Shown: positions 12,358-24,700 of the stretch, piece after piece
How the letters are laid out: each line of letters begins with the position of its first letter
Position numbering within the stretch: position 1 is the stretch's first letter
From: Eledone cirrhosa
Lineage: Eukaryota
DNA: 64,000 nt
Assembly (NCBI GenBank): GCA_964016885.1
Contig: OZ024741.1
Span: 393,514,001-393,578,000 of the forward strand
Direction: 5' to 3'
Notes under the pieces: model-generated
Databases searched by the model: none
Told to the model about the DNA's origin: nothing
The model's input: only the letters and a program-made list of their open reading frames with translations
Translations under genes and position numbers: made by a program

Positions 12358-12470
12358 CAGTATTCTGATGATTTGATCAGAGACACACTGTATTTAAGGT
12401 CGAGTGACGCAATTTCTAGTGATTAGCGACCTTTAGACTCACCTGATCAATGAAACGATTGTTAATACTG
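12358..12470 (+). ncRNA. hammerhead ribozyme with extended stem II
   Basis: CAGTATT-CTGATGA-T TTGATCAG..~60 nt..CTGATCAA T-GAAAC GATT GTT-AATACTG, with a perfect 7-bp stem I. Confidence 0.75.
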
Positions 12471-12519
12471 TAAATAAACCCTTTTTGTACAGCCATTATT
12501 CTTCACTCTTTCACTATAT

Positions 12520-12580
<61 letters not shown>

Positions 12581-12690
12581 TATAGTAATAATAATAATAT
12601 ATATAGTAATAATATATATATATATATAGTAATAATAATAATAAATATAAATATATAGTAATAATAATAAATTTGAAGACTAAAATCCAA

Positions 12691-12751
<61 letters not shown>

Positions 12752-14106
12752 CTACAAAAGGTGAACACTAGAAACAATGGTATAAAAAAGTGTTACATTC
12801 TTTTAATTGACTTCTATATTATAAAACTATTCTATATCATTTGAAAATATTGCACAAAAATGTTGATTAATGAAAATATCCATTTGTGTCACACCATTTC
12901 TTTTATATATACTGTGAATAGGGACTCTTACCATAGTATCATCGTCATCACCACCATCATCATCATCATCATCATCATTCTCCCAACTATCAATGGTTGG
13001 ATGTATTGTTACAGACCAAATATGTACTTAGTCAGAGCTACTGATCTCTCAGATGAGCTGGGGCCCTGCAGTTTGCTTACATATGTTCCCCCACACACTC
13101 TTTCCCTACAGAGTTCCTTGAGTGCAATTTCATGGTAGCAACATGTCTCCAACACAACTGAAGTGTCCTCTCAGCCCTTTGCTTGATATGGTTTCTATGA
13201 CTCGATGCCCTTCTTATCATCAACTACTTTACATGGTGTACTAGGCACATTTTCCATGATACCACACTAGTCAACAAAATCAATTTATGTTGCTGAAATT
13301 TGGTTATGCCATAGAAATATTATAGTCATTGTTAGCATATTTATTTAGAATAAAGTTTTTTGCATCATTATTGCTAAAGATAAACTGATTTCTCCAACAA
13401 ATTTTATTAGATGACCAAAATATTATAATAAAAATGATTTAAAAAAATCATCATCATTATCACATGACCTTTGACATTCTAGACAAAAGAGAAAAGTTAG
13501 TCTATTTTCCAATTTACATGAAATTTAACTAGATAATTCTCCCTTCAGTTATATCCAAGTGACACTTGAAAAGGTCTGTATGAGTTTTGCTGGAGAGAAA
13601 AATAACAACCCACAGATATCTCAATTTTGCTGTCAATACCATTTCTGTGGTAGAGAAAATTAACAAAAGAATAGGTTTGGTTGCTGGCTTGTGTTTCCTA
13701 TGTCATTTTATCAATTTTACATGACTTCAGAGTGGCTTTGAGGAAATCTTTGTACTACTTGCACTATCAACACAATCACTAATATCCTTTGTCCATCTGG
13801 CTGAATAGGAGAACCTTGTAGATGATGTTGATGTGCAGTCTGCAACTGGTGGAGTTTAACGTCAGTGATAGTGTGTTAGTAGCTAAGATACTCAAATCCC
13901 AAAAGCTGGGTTGACCTAGTGTTAAGTAAGTGCTGAAAGATGGTATTTCCATGGGAAATATTGACAAAAACCTATTGTATGATAAGAAAACAAATTAAGC
14001 ATATATCTAGTGTGTATAGAAATTTTCTTTTCTTCAGTTTCATTTTCTATTAATGACAAATACACATGATAAAAAAATGAAAGCACAAAAAAGATAACTG
14101 ACTTAC

Positions 14107-14185
14107 CATCCAAACCATTAGATAAGAGAAAATAGCAATCCATAAGATAGAAGCAATGAAAGTTGCAATAAAATATTGCTGAAAC
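14107..14185 (-). CDS. SLC24: SLC24/NCKX exon (FQQYFIATFIASILWIAIFSYLMVWM)
   Basis: cttttaaag acceptor, gtaagt donor, 79 nt, phase 2->0. Conserved TF..S.LWIA.FSYLMVWM. Confidence 0.93.
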
Positions 14186-14229
14186 CTTTAAAAGAAAAGA
14201 AAAAAAAAGAAGACATTAATAAACATTAA

Positions 14230-14865
14230 TGACTGGTATAAATTCAAATTCTTCCAAAAATTTATTTAAAATTGCTTCATTTTTCTATTGTTCCTGGTGA
14301 TTCTATCAGATTGAGATAAATAAGGAATGTGCATGCAAGGGAACATAAATGTACTTGCTTTGTGATGTATGTAGCATTGATTTTGGTGAGAAATTGATAA
14401 ATCTTTGTCATGCCTGTTTTTGTATTCATATGGTACTAAGGTGGTGCATGAATATATTAGGTGATCCACTGTTTCAGTATTTCTGTCACAGAACCGGCAT
14501 TTTGGTCATTATGTTTCCCCAATATTTTTTTTTCTCATAATTTTTGTGGCAAGGTCTTGTGCAGCCAGTATGAAACCTTCTCTTTTGGCTTTCAGTGCTG
14601 AACTGTGCAGCCACTGATGGGTTTGGGTTTTGTTTGCATCAGCTTGCCTGATTTGCGTCAAGTACTGACCCTGTAGTGCCTTATTTTACCATTTTTCCTT
14701 CCTCTGCTCAAGAGTTGCTTCCTTTGCTTTTGCTTTTGTAGCCTTTGCTGACACTGTTGGTGGTAGAGGAGTTTCTTGTGTCACATCTACACTTAGATTT
14801 ATTTCGTGCATACATTAGTGCTTTCTTTTATCACAGAGTAAAGCTTTTTGCTTATTGGACAACAT
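14230..14865 (-). mobile_element. decayed R4/Dong-like 3' fragment
   Basis: HQWL....LK...EGF, DHLIYSC and YKNRHD motifs, homologous to the C-terminus of the 20.4-23.2 kb ORF. Confidence 0.75.
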
Positions 14866-15099
14866 GCTTTGTGGCATTGGGTTACGTTCCTTCACATTCT
14901 GAGTTCAAATCCCGATGAGGTTAGCTTAGCCTTTCGATAAAATAAAGTACCAGTAACGCACTGGTGTCAATTTAACCGACTTTCCCTTCCTCTTCAAATT
15001 GCTGGCCCTGTGCCTACAGTAGAAACAATTATTATTTGAAATTTCCTTTGAATTCTGCTTCTTTCCCAGATCAGGCTGAGTGTCAACTTGGCACTCGAG

Positions 15100-15930
15100 G
15101 CAAAATTTGGTAATTCACACATTTTACAATTAATTGTCATTCAAATGATACCACCAGGGCACAAACAACAGTAAATATCTTTGCAGGGTATTTAAATAGA
15201 TAATGCCCTTCTCAGGGCATGGACAGTAGGAGTCAGCACTATTTTCTGTATCTCTTTCAGTTTCCTTTTTTATCATTCCAAATGCAGTGACTATCCCTGG
15301 TATTTTACAGGCATTAAGAAGTCACATTTCTCAATTTCAATTGCTAGATCTTTATATTTACTGAGATTTCCAAACTCTTGCAAGGAGATGTTACGATCTG
15401 ATGGAATGCTCTTGCCAATTAAGAAACAAATTTTCCCTCTATGGTCCTTCACCATTATATCTGGTCTGTTGGCCTTGATTGTCTGGTCAGTGTTCACAGG
15501 GAAATCCCATAGGATTTTAACGTTCTCGCCTCCTGTTACTGCATCTGGGTGGTGGTTGTACTATTTTCCCTCTGTTTTCAGACTATAGAAACTGCACATT
15601 ACCCAGTGTAAGTATTGTCCCACTCTATCAGGCTTTGTTTTATATTCCTGGGGAGCTAATACTTTGCAACCTGAAACCAGGTGGTCAATGGTCTCAACAT
15701 GCTCATCACCGTATCGATACTTTGGGTCAATTCCATTTCTGATCACATTGGCTTGAAAGTTGCATGTTAAAAGACACTGGTCTTGTGCATCTAAAATGAA
15801 GCCCTCACTCTCTGCCTTTAGCCCAGAACTCTGCAGCCACTGATGGGTGAGAGTTTGATCTACATCAGGTTCTTTACTACGGAGAACATACTGCCCATGC
15901 AGTGGTTTTTGCTCCCATTTAGTGTTTAGC
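15100..15930 (-). mobile_element. decayed R4/Dong-like 3' fragment (zinc knuckle and restriction-like endonuclease)
   Basis: ETIDHLVSGC, ANRPDIMVKD, KYKDLAIEI. Confidence 0.85.
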
Positions 15931-17289
15931 AGAATTTTAATATACCATCATCATTATCACCGTTTTTACGTCCGTTCTTCCACGCTAGCATGGGTTAGAC
16001 AGGTTGTCCTGTTGTGGGCAGCGTCCAGTTGGCTGACCATGCTTTGCTCATACGGGAACTGATTCTGGCTTGATTTCTACAGCTGGATGCCCTTCCTAAC
16101 ACCAACCTTATTTATAGTGAGTGCTGGGTGCTTTTTTTCCGTGGCGCCTACACGTCCACTTTACAGTGTGGGCTGGGTGCTTTTTTGTCATGGCACTTCC
16201 ATGACCACTTTGCAGTGGGAGGGTGTGGGGGCATATTGTCTATATACTTCAGCTTCGGCTTGTACCCGTGGGGGGTCATAATATTAATTGTTTCTACTTT
16301 TGGCACAAGGCCAGCAATTACCCAGTGCATTACTGGTACTTTATTTTATCGACCCCATCACCGAAATTTGAACTCAGAATAGAAAGGGCCGTAACTCTAT
16401 GCGTCAAAGCATGGCGTCCAACCCTCTACTGATACTGCCAATCAACCATGTTGCCAACACGGCATAATAAACTTTCTTATTAATATTATGTTGGCATAAT
16501 ATCGGTAGAGGGTCGGACGCCATGCTTTGACGCATAGATATACGGCCCTTGCCATTCTGAGTTCAAATCCCGCCGAGGTTAACTTTGCCTTTCATCCTTA
16601 CGGGGGTCGATAAAATAAAGTACCAGTAATACACTGGGAAATTGCTGGCCTTGTGCCAAAAGTAGAAACAATTATGTTGGCATAATATTAATAAGGAAGT
16701 TTATTATGCCGTGTTGGCATAATAAGAATAAGAAGATCATGTTATCGATGATAGTACACGGGGAGTATTTTAGCTAATTGTTATAGCGAGAAATGTAATG
16801 GTATATTATGTGTGAGGCAATGTTAGCCGGTTGAGAATATTGCTTGTATTAAAGATGAATGTTAGTTGATAAAGTAAAATGTAACTTAGAAGTTGTAGTT
16901 CGGTTGTAAGTTTTGTAGCCATGAAAGAAGTATATTTGTTGTTGTAGTGATAATAACCTTGGGAAAAGTATTTTACCATATCATGTCCAAAGGCGATGGC
17001 TGTGGTAAAAGCACTATTTACAAACCGATTACAAAAGTTGAGCTGGCATGCCAAACAGAAGAACAAACAAATTAAGAGTTAAGAAGGTCCGGTCGACTAG
17101 CTGACATGTCGCCGACCAGGCTGAAGTGGAGTTGTTGTTACATAATGGCTAGTGGTCGAACAGCAAGAGAAAAATGGTGTTTACCTTTCTACGATTAAGC
17201 AGCAACTGTTTAGTGAAAACAAAAGAAATGGGAAAATCTTTGTTTGGGCGGAAGTTGATATTCATGCGCGACTCATCATTGATCAACCA

Positions 17290-17680
17290 GTGACCTAATC
17301 CTGCATGAATAGATTATAGTTACATGCCATGCAAATAGCTCTGCTACAAGTGCAGAGTCTCTGTTGGCCTTCATGTTTTACTAACGTTTTGATATTATTT
17401 GCAGCTTTAATTGCAGAATCGCCATCATTATCAAAATGTATTCCCAATTCTTCCACAAAGTCCCTACTTTCTTTTGTAACTGAACGTAGCCTCTTTTTTT
17501 TTATGATCTGCAACCATTTTTATCATCCAGTCATCTATGGTTTAAAGGCAGTGATTCAGTTCAATGGTTGATATCTTGTATGATATCTCTAGCTGGATCA
17601 TTCATCTACCTCCATTTTGTCAAGGGAGATAGAGGTGATCCACATCTGCTTTTGGGTGTTGTATTTTATTATAAGTCTGT
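17290..17680 (-). mobile_element. decayed R4/Dong-like fragment
   Basis: HPKADVDHLYLP..GG and SVTKESRDF resemble the intact element. Confidence 0.65.
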
Positions 17681-19289
17681 TTTTATTATTGCCTTTCATC
17701 CTTACGGAGTCGATAAAATAAAGCACCAGTAATGCACTGGGTAATTGCTGGCCTTGTGCCAATAGGAGACACAATTATTATCATGGTGTTGTTTTCTTTT
17801 CTTATTTATATATACTTGAAACATGTATCTGAGAAAATAATAATATAGCAATAGAATGTCATGGCATATTATATCACATGTTAACACAATAGAGTATAGT
17901 TTATATGAAATATTGTGCAATATGTGGTTATGATTGTTTTAGGAAAGCCAGTACAATACAAGTTATAACTAGAGGAGTGAAAACAAGGGTAAAGTTAGAC
18001 AGACAAAACAACAGTTTCATTTTTGCTGATAGTGAGCTGACTTCACCATCACCATTTACTTATTTTGAAAAAGGGGTTCTAACCCTAAAATTCGAAATAT
18101 AAAGTAGAAATATAAACTTTTGTTTCATTTGTTTTACTTTATTCTTGTCTTCACTTCTTTATTTCTAACTTACATTGTGCTGGTTTTCCTAAAACAACCC
18201 ATTAAGTAATATAATTTGGTGTATAGTTTCATAATTTTTGTGTAAATAAGATGATTTATATGCACCGTATGCTGTTAATAAAGTATATCTATTCAGCTGG
18301 AAATATCTTCCTTTATGGTGAGATGTAAACTAGGATTTAGAGGTGGGTTTATTTTCTTTGTACCAACGAAATATTACAGTGTGTGGCAACATTTCTAACA
18401 CTTTGTTTTGTAATATGTTTTTTGTATTGTAACAAAACGATAATGATGTTGTTGTTGCTTAACTCCATGTCTGTCTTGATTGAATACACCTATGAACAAA
18501 TGAATTCAAGTCATTACCACCTCATCCTTTTAAGATGTTAGTGTATGATTGGAGGGATATTTGACAACTAGCTGAAGGTTGGGTAGTTCATAGACTATCA
18601 CATGCAATACATTGTCTACAGCCAACTCACTTCACCCTTAATGTCTCAAACTGCCTAGCTGTTAGTAGATGCCATAGAGTCCTATAGACCACCAATGCAA
18701 GCATTTAGGACATTGTAAAATGGACATGCTTTGTTTACTTGTACTACTGAATTCAGATGCTTCCACATATGAGGTGCCCCTTTTCAGGAGAAACCAATGA
18801 TCTGATATGTTTAAGATTTAGACTTTAAAGTGCTTGCTGAATGAATGGTAGGGTATTGGCATATGACTGCATTGTACACAACAAAGTAGCACTTACTGTG
18901 CCTTGTTATCTTACTTGACTGTTACCTCACAGTTTCTATGATGTGCCCTTAAGTTGTAAGTATATTGTGATTGTCAACAAAATAGTGATTAATTTTGGCT
19001 ATGGAGTATCATAACTTGATTAATAAAATATTTCCAAGATAATCAATTGTCTCTTTGGACATAGACTAACAGAGAAGGAAGATTCAGTAAATATTCATAA
19101 TCAGAAAAGGTTCAATACCATTAATATGCATAATCAATTTCTCAGGGTAGTTGGTGGTTTAGAAGAAAAGTGAAAGAGGGATATATATATATATATATAT
19201 ATATATCCCATTTGTCGCAATTTTACTAAACTTTATTTTCAGAGTCAACAAAGACAAATATTTGACAAATTCTAAATGACTCTACATAC

Positions 19290-19383
19290 CTTTGCTTCCT
19301 GCAATCTGGGATGGTATAACATAACGCAAATTGGATTGGGTAAGATATGATCCATTTTACTATCATCAAAATTCCATCAGTAC
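19290..19383 (-). CDS. SLC24: SLC24/NCKX exon (TDGILMIVKWIISYPIQFALCYTIPDCRKQ)
   Basis: ttcttgtag acceptor, gtatgt donor, 94 nt, phase 1->2. Contains the NCKX KW...P....L..TIPDC motif. Confidence 0.92.
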
Positions 19384-19699
19384 CTACAAGAATAAAAATA
19401 CCACCGTTATTGTTATTGTTATTATTATTAATATTATTATTATTGGTCATTGAAGTGAATGGACGTACTATCGTGAGCTTGAGTAAGTTTGTTATTTTTA
19501 CGGTTTTAAATACATTTGTTATTAATATTTTTGTTTCAAAAGGGGCATAAGACTTTATCTTTTCCCTCAAGAAAGGACTCCCCATAATATTTGGGCCTTT
19601 TGACCCAAATATTTAACCTTTGTGTGTTTAAAAGAAAATTTTTATCAGAAAAAAAAACATGGTGGAGCCACGCTGCCCAAGTTTGACAAAAATCAACTA

Positions 19700-20122
19700 G
19701 CCAATCTCTTCAGGAGAATTTTTGGGCCGTGGCCCATGGACAACTTCCAGGGTAACCGTGGCTTTTTTGTGGGCTTTCTCTACGAATGACCTTCGGAAGT
19801 CTCCCCACCCCCATTGTCTTTTCCTTCAGTACAACTTTGAGCATTGGCTCCCTACTCTCAGACACATATTCATGTAGACAGCTTTTCTCCATCTGAACAC
19901 AGTCCTCTACACTGATAAGACCTCTTACTTCTTCAGATCTCTTTAAGTAGAGTCTATCAATATCACTCTTCTTGTGGAACATGCTGTAGGTAGTCAATAG
20001 CTTCCTAGTCTTCTATCCATTTCTTTTTGTTCAGCAACATTCCATTTCAGAATTCCCGCACTGTACCTAATAATAGACACAGCTCGAGAATTTACTGCAC
20101 TTATGACATTCTTACCATTTAG
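19700..20122 (-). mobile_element. decayed R4/Dong-like fragment (second subfamily)
   Basis: YSAGILKW and HKKSDIDRLYLKRSEEVRGLISVEDCV. Confidence 0.75.
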
Positions 20123-20261
20123 ATGTGATTGGCAGTATCGGTAGATACTGCCAATCAATTATTATTATTATTATTATCATCAACTATCATCAATATTATC
20201 ATTATTATCATTATTATTATTATTATTATTATTATCATCAACAATTATTATTATTATTATT

Positions 20262-23200
20262 ATTTGCATTTATCTTGCTTTATGTTTATACGAGTTATCA
20301 CCAAGTCACAACCAGTGACCTCAAGAGACAACAAGGTCCGCCATGTTCAAGAAAGAACATACATATTCACACATGCATCTTTAGGTGTTTAGACTTGTGA
20401 TGTACTTATATTGACAGGATCTTCCTTAGTATATGGGCAGTTCCCATTAGTACTATCTTTTGTATTTCTCCTATACGCGGGTTTCCTGGGATTTGCGATA
20501 AGTAGTCGTTAGACCCCTTAGGTATCATTCCCAGAGCGCCTACAACCACTGGTATTGTTTTAGTTCTCAATTTCCACATTTTTCCAATTTCTATCTCCAG
20601 GTCCTTATACTTGCTCAATTTTTCAAATGTTTTTATAGATACATTCTTGTCTATTGGAACAGACATATCAATTAGCAGGCATACCCTCCTTTGAAAGTCC
20701 TTCAATATTATATCAGGTCTATTTGCATCTATTTTTCGGTCTGTTTGGATGCTAAAGTTCCACAAGATTGAGATGTGATCTTTTTCAAGTATGGGAGGTG
20801 GTTGATGCTCCCACCAATTCTTTTGATGGGGCAGGTCAAAATGCTTACACATTATCCAATGTATGTATTGTGCAGCTCTGTCATGCCTGTTTAGGTATTC
20901 GGTTGGAGCTATAGGACTGCACATTGAAATTATATGGTCAATGGTCTCTGGTTGTTTTTTGCATACACGGCATAATGGGCTGCACCCATTTTTTATTATG
21001 TTGGCTTGGTAATTTTTTGTTGGCAGACACTGATCTTGTGCCGATATAATCAGTCCTTCAGTCTCCGATTTCAGTCCAGAGGATGCCAACCACTGATGGG
21101 TTAAAGTTTTGTCAACATCAGGATTGTTAGCTCGCTCTGGGTATTTTCCATACAGAGGCTTTTCTTGCCATTTCTTAGCCAGTTTCTGTAGCAGTTCTTT
21201 CTTTGCAGTTACTTTTACCTGCTTTGCTTTTTCTGTGTTTTCCATTTCAGCAGTAAATGGGACTTCTGAAATTTGTAGTCCATTACTGTATCTTTGTGCA
21301 TCTTTTGTAATGGAATATGATCTTTTGGTGCTTTCGTGTTTCAAAACGAGTTTGATCATCCAATCATGTGATTCCCTTAGATATGTGGATAATCCAATTG
21401 TTGCAGTTTTCAACGCAATGTCTAACTGGATTAACCCACGTCCTCCTTCTTTCCTAGGGAGATATATTCTATCTATGTCTGCCTTAGGGTGATGCATTCT
21501 GTGCATGGTTAAGAATTTTCGGATTTTTGTATCGAGCCTACGGATCTCTGTGCTTGACCAGTTGATGACATTGTAACTGTAGGTTACTACTGGTATGGCA
21601 AGCGTGTTTATGGCATCGATCCTATTCCTTGCATTCAATTCCGTTCTTAAGATTGCTCTGACTCTGCGGTAACATTCCTTCCTTATCCTTTCCCTCATTG
21701 TCGAGTGCTTGATTCCGTCTCCTTCACAAACACCTAGATATTTGTAAGTTTTTTCTTGATCAAGCTCTCTTATCACGTTCCCCCGATCAAGATTAATGTC
21801 TGAACTCTTCAGCAGCTTTCCTCTGGTGAACGTTGCTTTGGCGCATTTATCCAGTCCAAACTCCATTTTAATGTCATCACTGAACTGCTTCACAGTGGAT
21901 AATAGCCCTTGCAATTGTTCATCATTTTTTGCAAATAGTTTCAGGTCATCCATGTAAAACAGGTGATTAATGGTTTTGTCATAGACTCTAGATCCATGTT
22001 TTGTTTCATTGAGCATTTTACTTAATGGTATAAGTGCAATGCAGAATAAAAGCGGTGATAAAGAGTCACCCTGAAAAATTCCACAATTAATGTTAACTTC
22101 TCCAGCTTCCAGTGATTTTGTTTCACTATTCAAAAGGAGTGTCGTTCTCCATGTCCTCATACTGAATGACAAAAACCTCCTGACAACGGGGGATATTTTG
22201 AAAATCTCTAAACATTTTTCAATCCAACTGTGTGGCAAACTATCGAATGCTTTTTTATAATCTATCCAAGCAATCGATAGATTTTTGTGTCTATTATGAC
22301 AATCTTCCAGTATCATTTTGTTAACCAGAAGCTGATCCTTACAGCCATATGAGCCTCGTTTACACCCTTTCTGCTCAATGGGAAATAGGTCATTTGTTAT
22401 CAGGTGGTCATATGTGTATTCAGTTAGGACTGATGTTAACATTTTATACATTGTGGTCAAGCAGGTTATCGGTCTGTAATTTTTGGGATTGTTTGTCTCA
22501 TCATTCTTCGGTAGCAGGAATGTAATGCCGTTAACTAGCCATGATGGTATCTTTTCTGGCTCCTTAACTATTTCATTGTAAAGTTGGGCTAACAGCTCAT
22601 GAGACTCTGTGAAGGCATTTATCCAAAAGTTTTGTATTTTGTCTTTTCCTGGGGATTTCCATTTGCTGGTTTTTCTTAGAGCCAAGCGCAGCTGTTCAAC
22701 TGTTATATTTTCCCATGTTTGTTCTTCAAGGTGAGCTGTTTCTTTCATTTGTCTGTCTATCCATGGGGCATGTATGTTATGAACTTTTTCTTCGGCCCAG
22801 ATCTTTTCCCAGAATTCTTGCACTTCCTCCTTGGGTGGTATTGATTTAGCAGTTATTGTTGACTTACCAATTTTTCTGTAGAAGTTTCTTTGGTTGTTTT
22901 TGAACATATTATTGTCCTTATAGAATCTAGATCGTTTTTCAAAGCGCCTTATACGAGCAGCTTTGGCCGACACTTTTTGCTTGATTGTTTCTATCAGCAT
23001 GTCTATGTCACATGTTGATCTTATACTGTACTTTTTTTTCAATTTTCTAAGTTTAGTTTGTTTAACATGTTCACCTACTTTATAGTTTGTTAAAATTTCT
23101 ATGTCAGATCGGAGAAGGTTTATTTGGCGATTGATGTTATCTTGCCAAGTAGATTTCTTGTGGGAATTCCTTTGTTTTTTCATCTTCACTCCACATAAGT

Positions 23201-23460
23201 GAGTGGTGACTTTAGCCGATGCATAATAGAGATGATTTAAGTCAGTAATGTTTAGTTTGTTTGTGATGATAATGTTTTTGAGAATTATGTTAGTCTTGTG
23301 TATTATCTTTTGGTTCTGTTTGGAGTTCTGGATCTTAGGGAGGGTGTCTCATTGCCCCATGTCAGATTCTTTCATTTTCATCCATTCGATCATAATTTCA
23401 TCCTTGAAGTTGGCAAGTTCATTCTCATTCATTTCTTTATCATTTACGATCTCATTATTT
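20262..23460 (-). mobile_element. R4/Dong-clade non-LTR retrotransposon, 5'-truncated and nearly intact
   Basis: Contains the 927-aa ORF. The frame extends ~90 codons upstream with one TGA. Short 3' UTR, and (TAA)n tracts on both sides. Confidence 0.92.
20406..23189 (-). CDS. reverse transcriptase + CCHC zinc knuckle + restriction-like endonuclease (R4/Dong)
   Basis: KSPGKD, NYRPITCL, DYKKAFDS, GIFQGDSLSP, YMDD, CRVC..ETIDHIISMC, RHD, RPD..D..K..KY. Confidence 0.93.
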   Translation of the reverse strand: MKMKKQRNSHKKSTWQDNINRQINLLRSDIEILTNYKVGEHVKQTKLRKLKKKYSIRSTCDIDMLIETIKQKVSAKAARIRRFEKRSRFYKDNNMFKNNQRNFYRKIGKSTITAKSIPPKEEVQEFWEKIWAEEKVHNIHAPWIDRQMKETAHLEEQTWENITVEQLRLALRKTSKWKSPGKDKIQNFWINAFTESHELLAQLYNEIVKEPEKIPSWLVNGITFLLPKNDETNNPKNYRPITCLTTMYKMLTSVLTEYTYDHLITNDLFPIEQKGCKRGSYGCKDQLLVNKMILEDCHNRHKNLSIAWIDYKKAFDSLPHSWIEKCLEIFKISPVVRRFLSFSMRTWRTTLLLNSETKSLEAGEVNINCGIFQGDSLSPLLFCIALIPLSKMLNETKHGSRVYDKTINHLFYMDDLKLFAKNDEQLQGLLSTVKQFSDDIKMEFGLDKCAKATFTRGKLLKSSDINLDRGNVIRELDQEKTYKYLGVCEGDGIKHSTMRERIRKECYRRVRAILRTELNARNRIDAINTLAIPVVTYSYNVINWSSTEIRRLDTKIRKFLTMHRMHHPKADIDRIYLPRKEGGRGLIQLDIALKTATIGLSTYLRESHDWMIKLVLKHESTKRSYSITKDAQRYSNGLQISEVPFTAEMENTEKAKQVKVTAKKELLQKLAKKWQEKPLYGKYPERANNPDVDKTLTHQWLASSGLKSETEGLIISAQDQCLPTKNYQANIIKNGCSPLCRVCKKQPETIDHIISMCSPIAPTEYLNRHDRAAQYIHWIMCKHFDLPHQKNWWEHQPPPILEKDHISILWNFSIQTDRKIDANRPDIILKDFQRRVCLLIDMSVPIDKNVSIKTFEKLSKYKDLEIEIGKMWKLRTKTIPVVVGALGMIPKGSNDYLSQIPGNPRIGEIQKIVLMGTAHILRKILSI

Positions 23461-23559
23461 TTATCATTATTATTATTATTATCATCATTATTATTATTAT
23501 TATTGTTCTTTCAGTCTCACTCATTGATGTTATCTAACTGGAAAGTTTGTTGAAATGAA

Positions 23560-24700
23560 TATCAAGCCACTACCTGCAGCCTCAGATATTCAGGACGTAT
23601 CGGAGGGTTCTTGCTGTTCCCAGCAAGCATGCCTTTTGAAGTGTTCCAAAAAGCAGGGCTGGACAAATATTCATTAACCATCCTTGAAAACTCCTTGAGA
23701 TAGTACCTAGTGCTTCTATGACAATTGGGACGACCTTGATCTCATGGCAGTTCCAAATCCCTTTTAACTTATTATTAATATAATTATTATTATTATTATT
23801 ATTACTTTCACAGAGTGTTGGTGTTAACTAGCAGTATTGTTCTTCTTACAATCAGGTTCCATTTCGGAGCTTAAGGTAATAAGAATTACTTTCTGCTCTT
23901 ACAAGTGGTATCCATCATTTTCTGATTATCCTGGCAATGCTAAGTAGGCATACTTTTTGCATAGGCTCTATACTAAGATCAAATCCAACTTGTTGCAAAT
24001 TCTCAGAAAGATTATCTGTTACACTGTTACACATCCTAGTGCTCCTATAATTATTGGTACCATTACTACTTTATTTACTTCACACTTCCATATTTAAAAA
24101 AATTCATATTTGAGGTCATTATAGCAGTTTTTCTCCTTTTCTTTATCATTTATTCTCATGTCAAAAGGGTAGGCTATGTCCACAATAGAGCATTCTTTTC
24201 ATTGTTGATTATCAATACTGTGTCCTATGTATTGTAATATCCCATAGAATTTTGAATTCATCATTTTGTAATGCGTTCACCTCTTTCATCACCAAGTGGT
24301 CATACAATTTCTCACTACAATTAAAACCAAACTCTTTACACTGTTGCCAATGTATTATTGCTGCCACTTTATCATGTCTCCATTTTTTATAATCATTCTG
24401 AGCCAGTTGTGAGCATTTTGAGATGATATGGCAAATTGTTTCATTTACATTTCTACACATTCTACCAAGTTTTGAGGTGACCACTTTATCGCCATTGACT
24501 TTAATCCAATTTTTCCTTATCACTTGGTCTTTGGTTGCCTTAATTAATCTCTCTGTTTCTTTCTTCAGATATCTTCTCCATAACCACATCTATGTGTCTC
24601 TATCATAGCCTGAATGCAAGGATTTTGCTTCAAATCCAGCCTTCTGTTCTGTGGTTATTTTGGCTTTCTTTTTCTTTGAATCACCCTTTCCATCATAGAT
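23560..24700 (-). mobile_element. two decayed R4/Dong-like 3' fragments (~23560-23770 and ~23900-24700)
   Basis: VVPIVIEALGTI..QKACLLGTARTLR; ETICHIISKC..YKKWRHDKVA..ILWD. Confidence 0.75.

Larger units (their letters stand above)
10495..12515. mobile_element. Penelope-like element (Naiad-like), two diverged parts joined head-to-head: minus part ~10495-11083, plus part ~11084-12515
   Basis: Minus: INFLDVTLNL..SNHP..RISRLS (RT thumb). Plus: RNIIW, CNCR..CPL..CL..LVY..YIGATSSKFKERWYNH (GIY-YIG). Termini are inverted (GAAAGAGTGAAGAATAA / TTATTCTTCACTCTTTC) and both abut (TA)n. Confidence 0.85.

Noticed and set aside
12395-12435. SECIS element in the HHR stem II insert (GTGA...GA), since some Naiad PLEs encode selenoproteins
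   Set aside because: The helix above the putative quartet is only about 3 bp, and the second copy has ATGG instead of RTGA.
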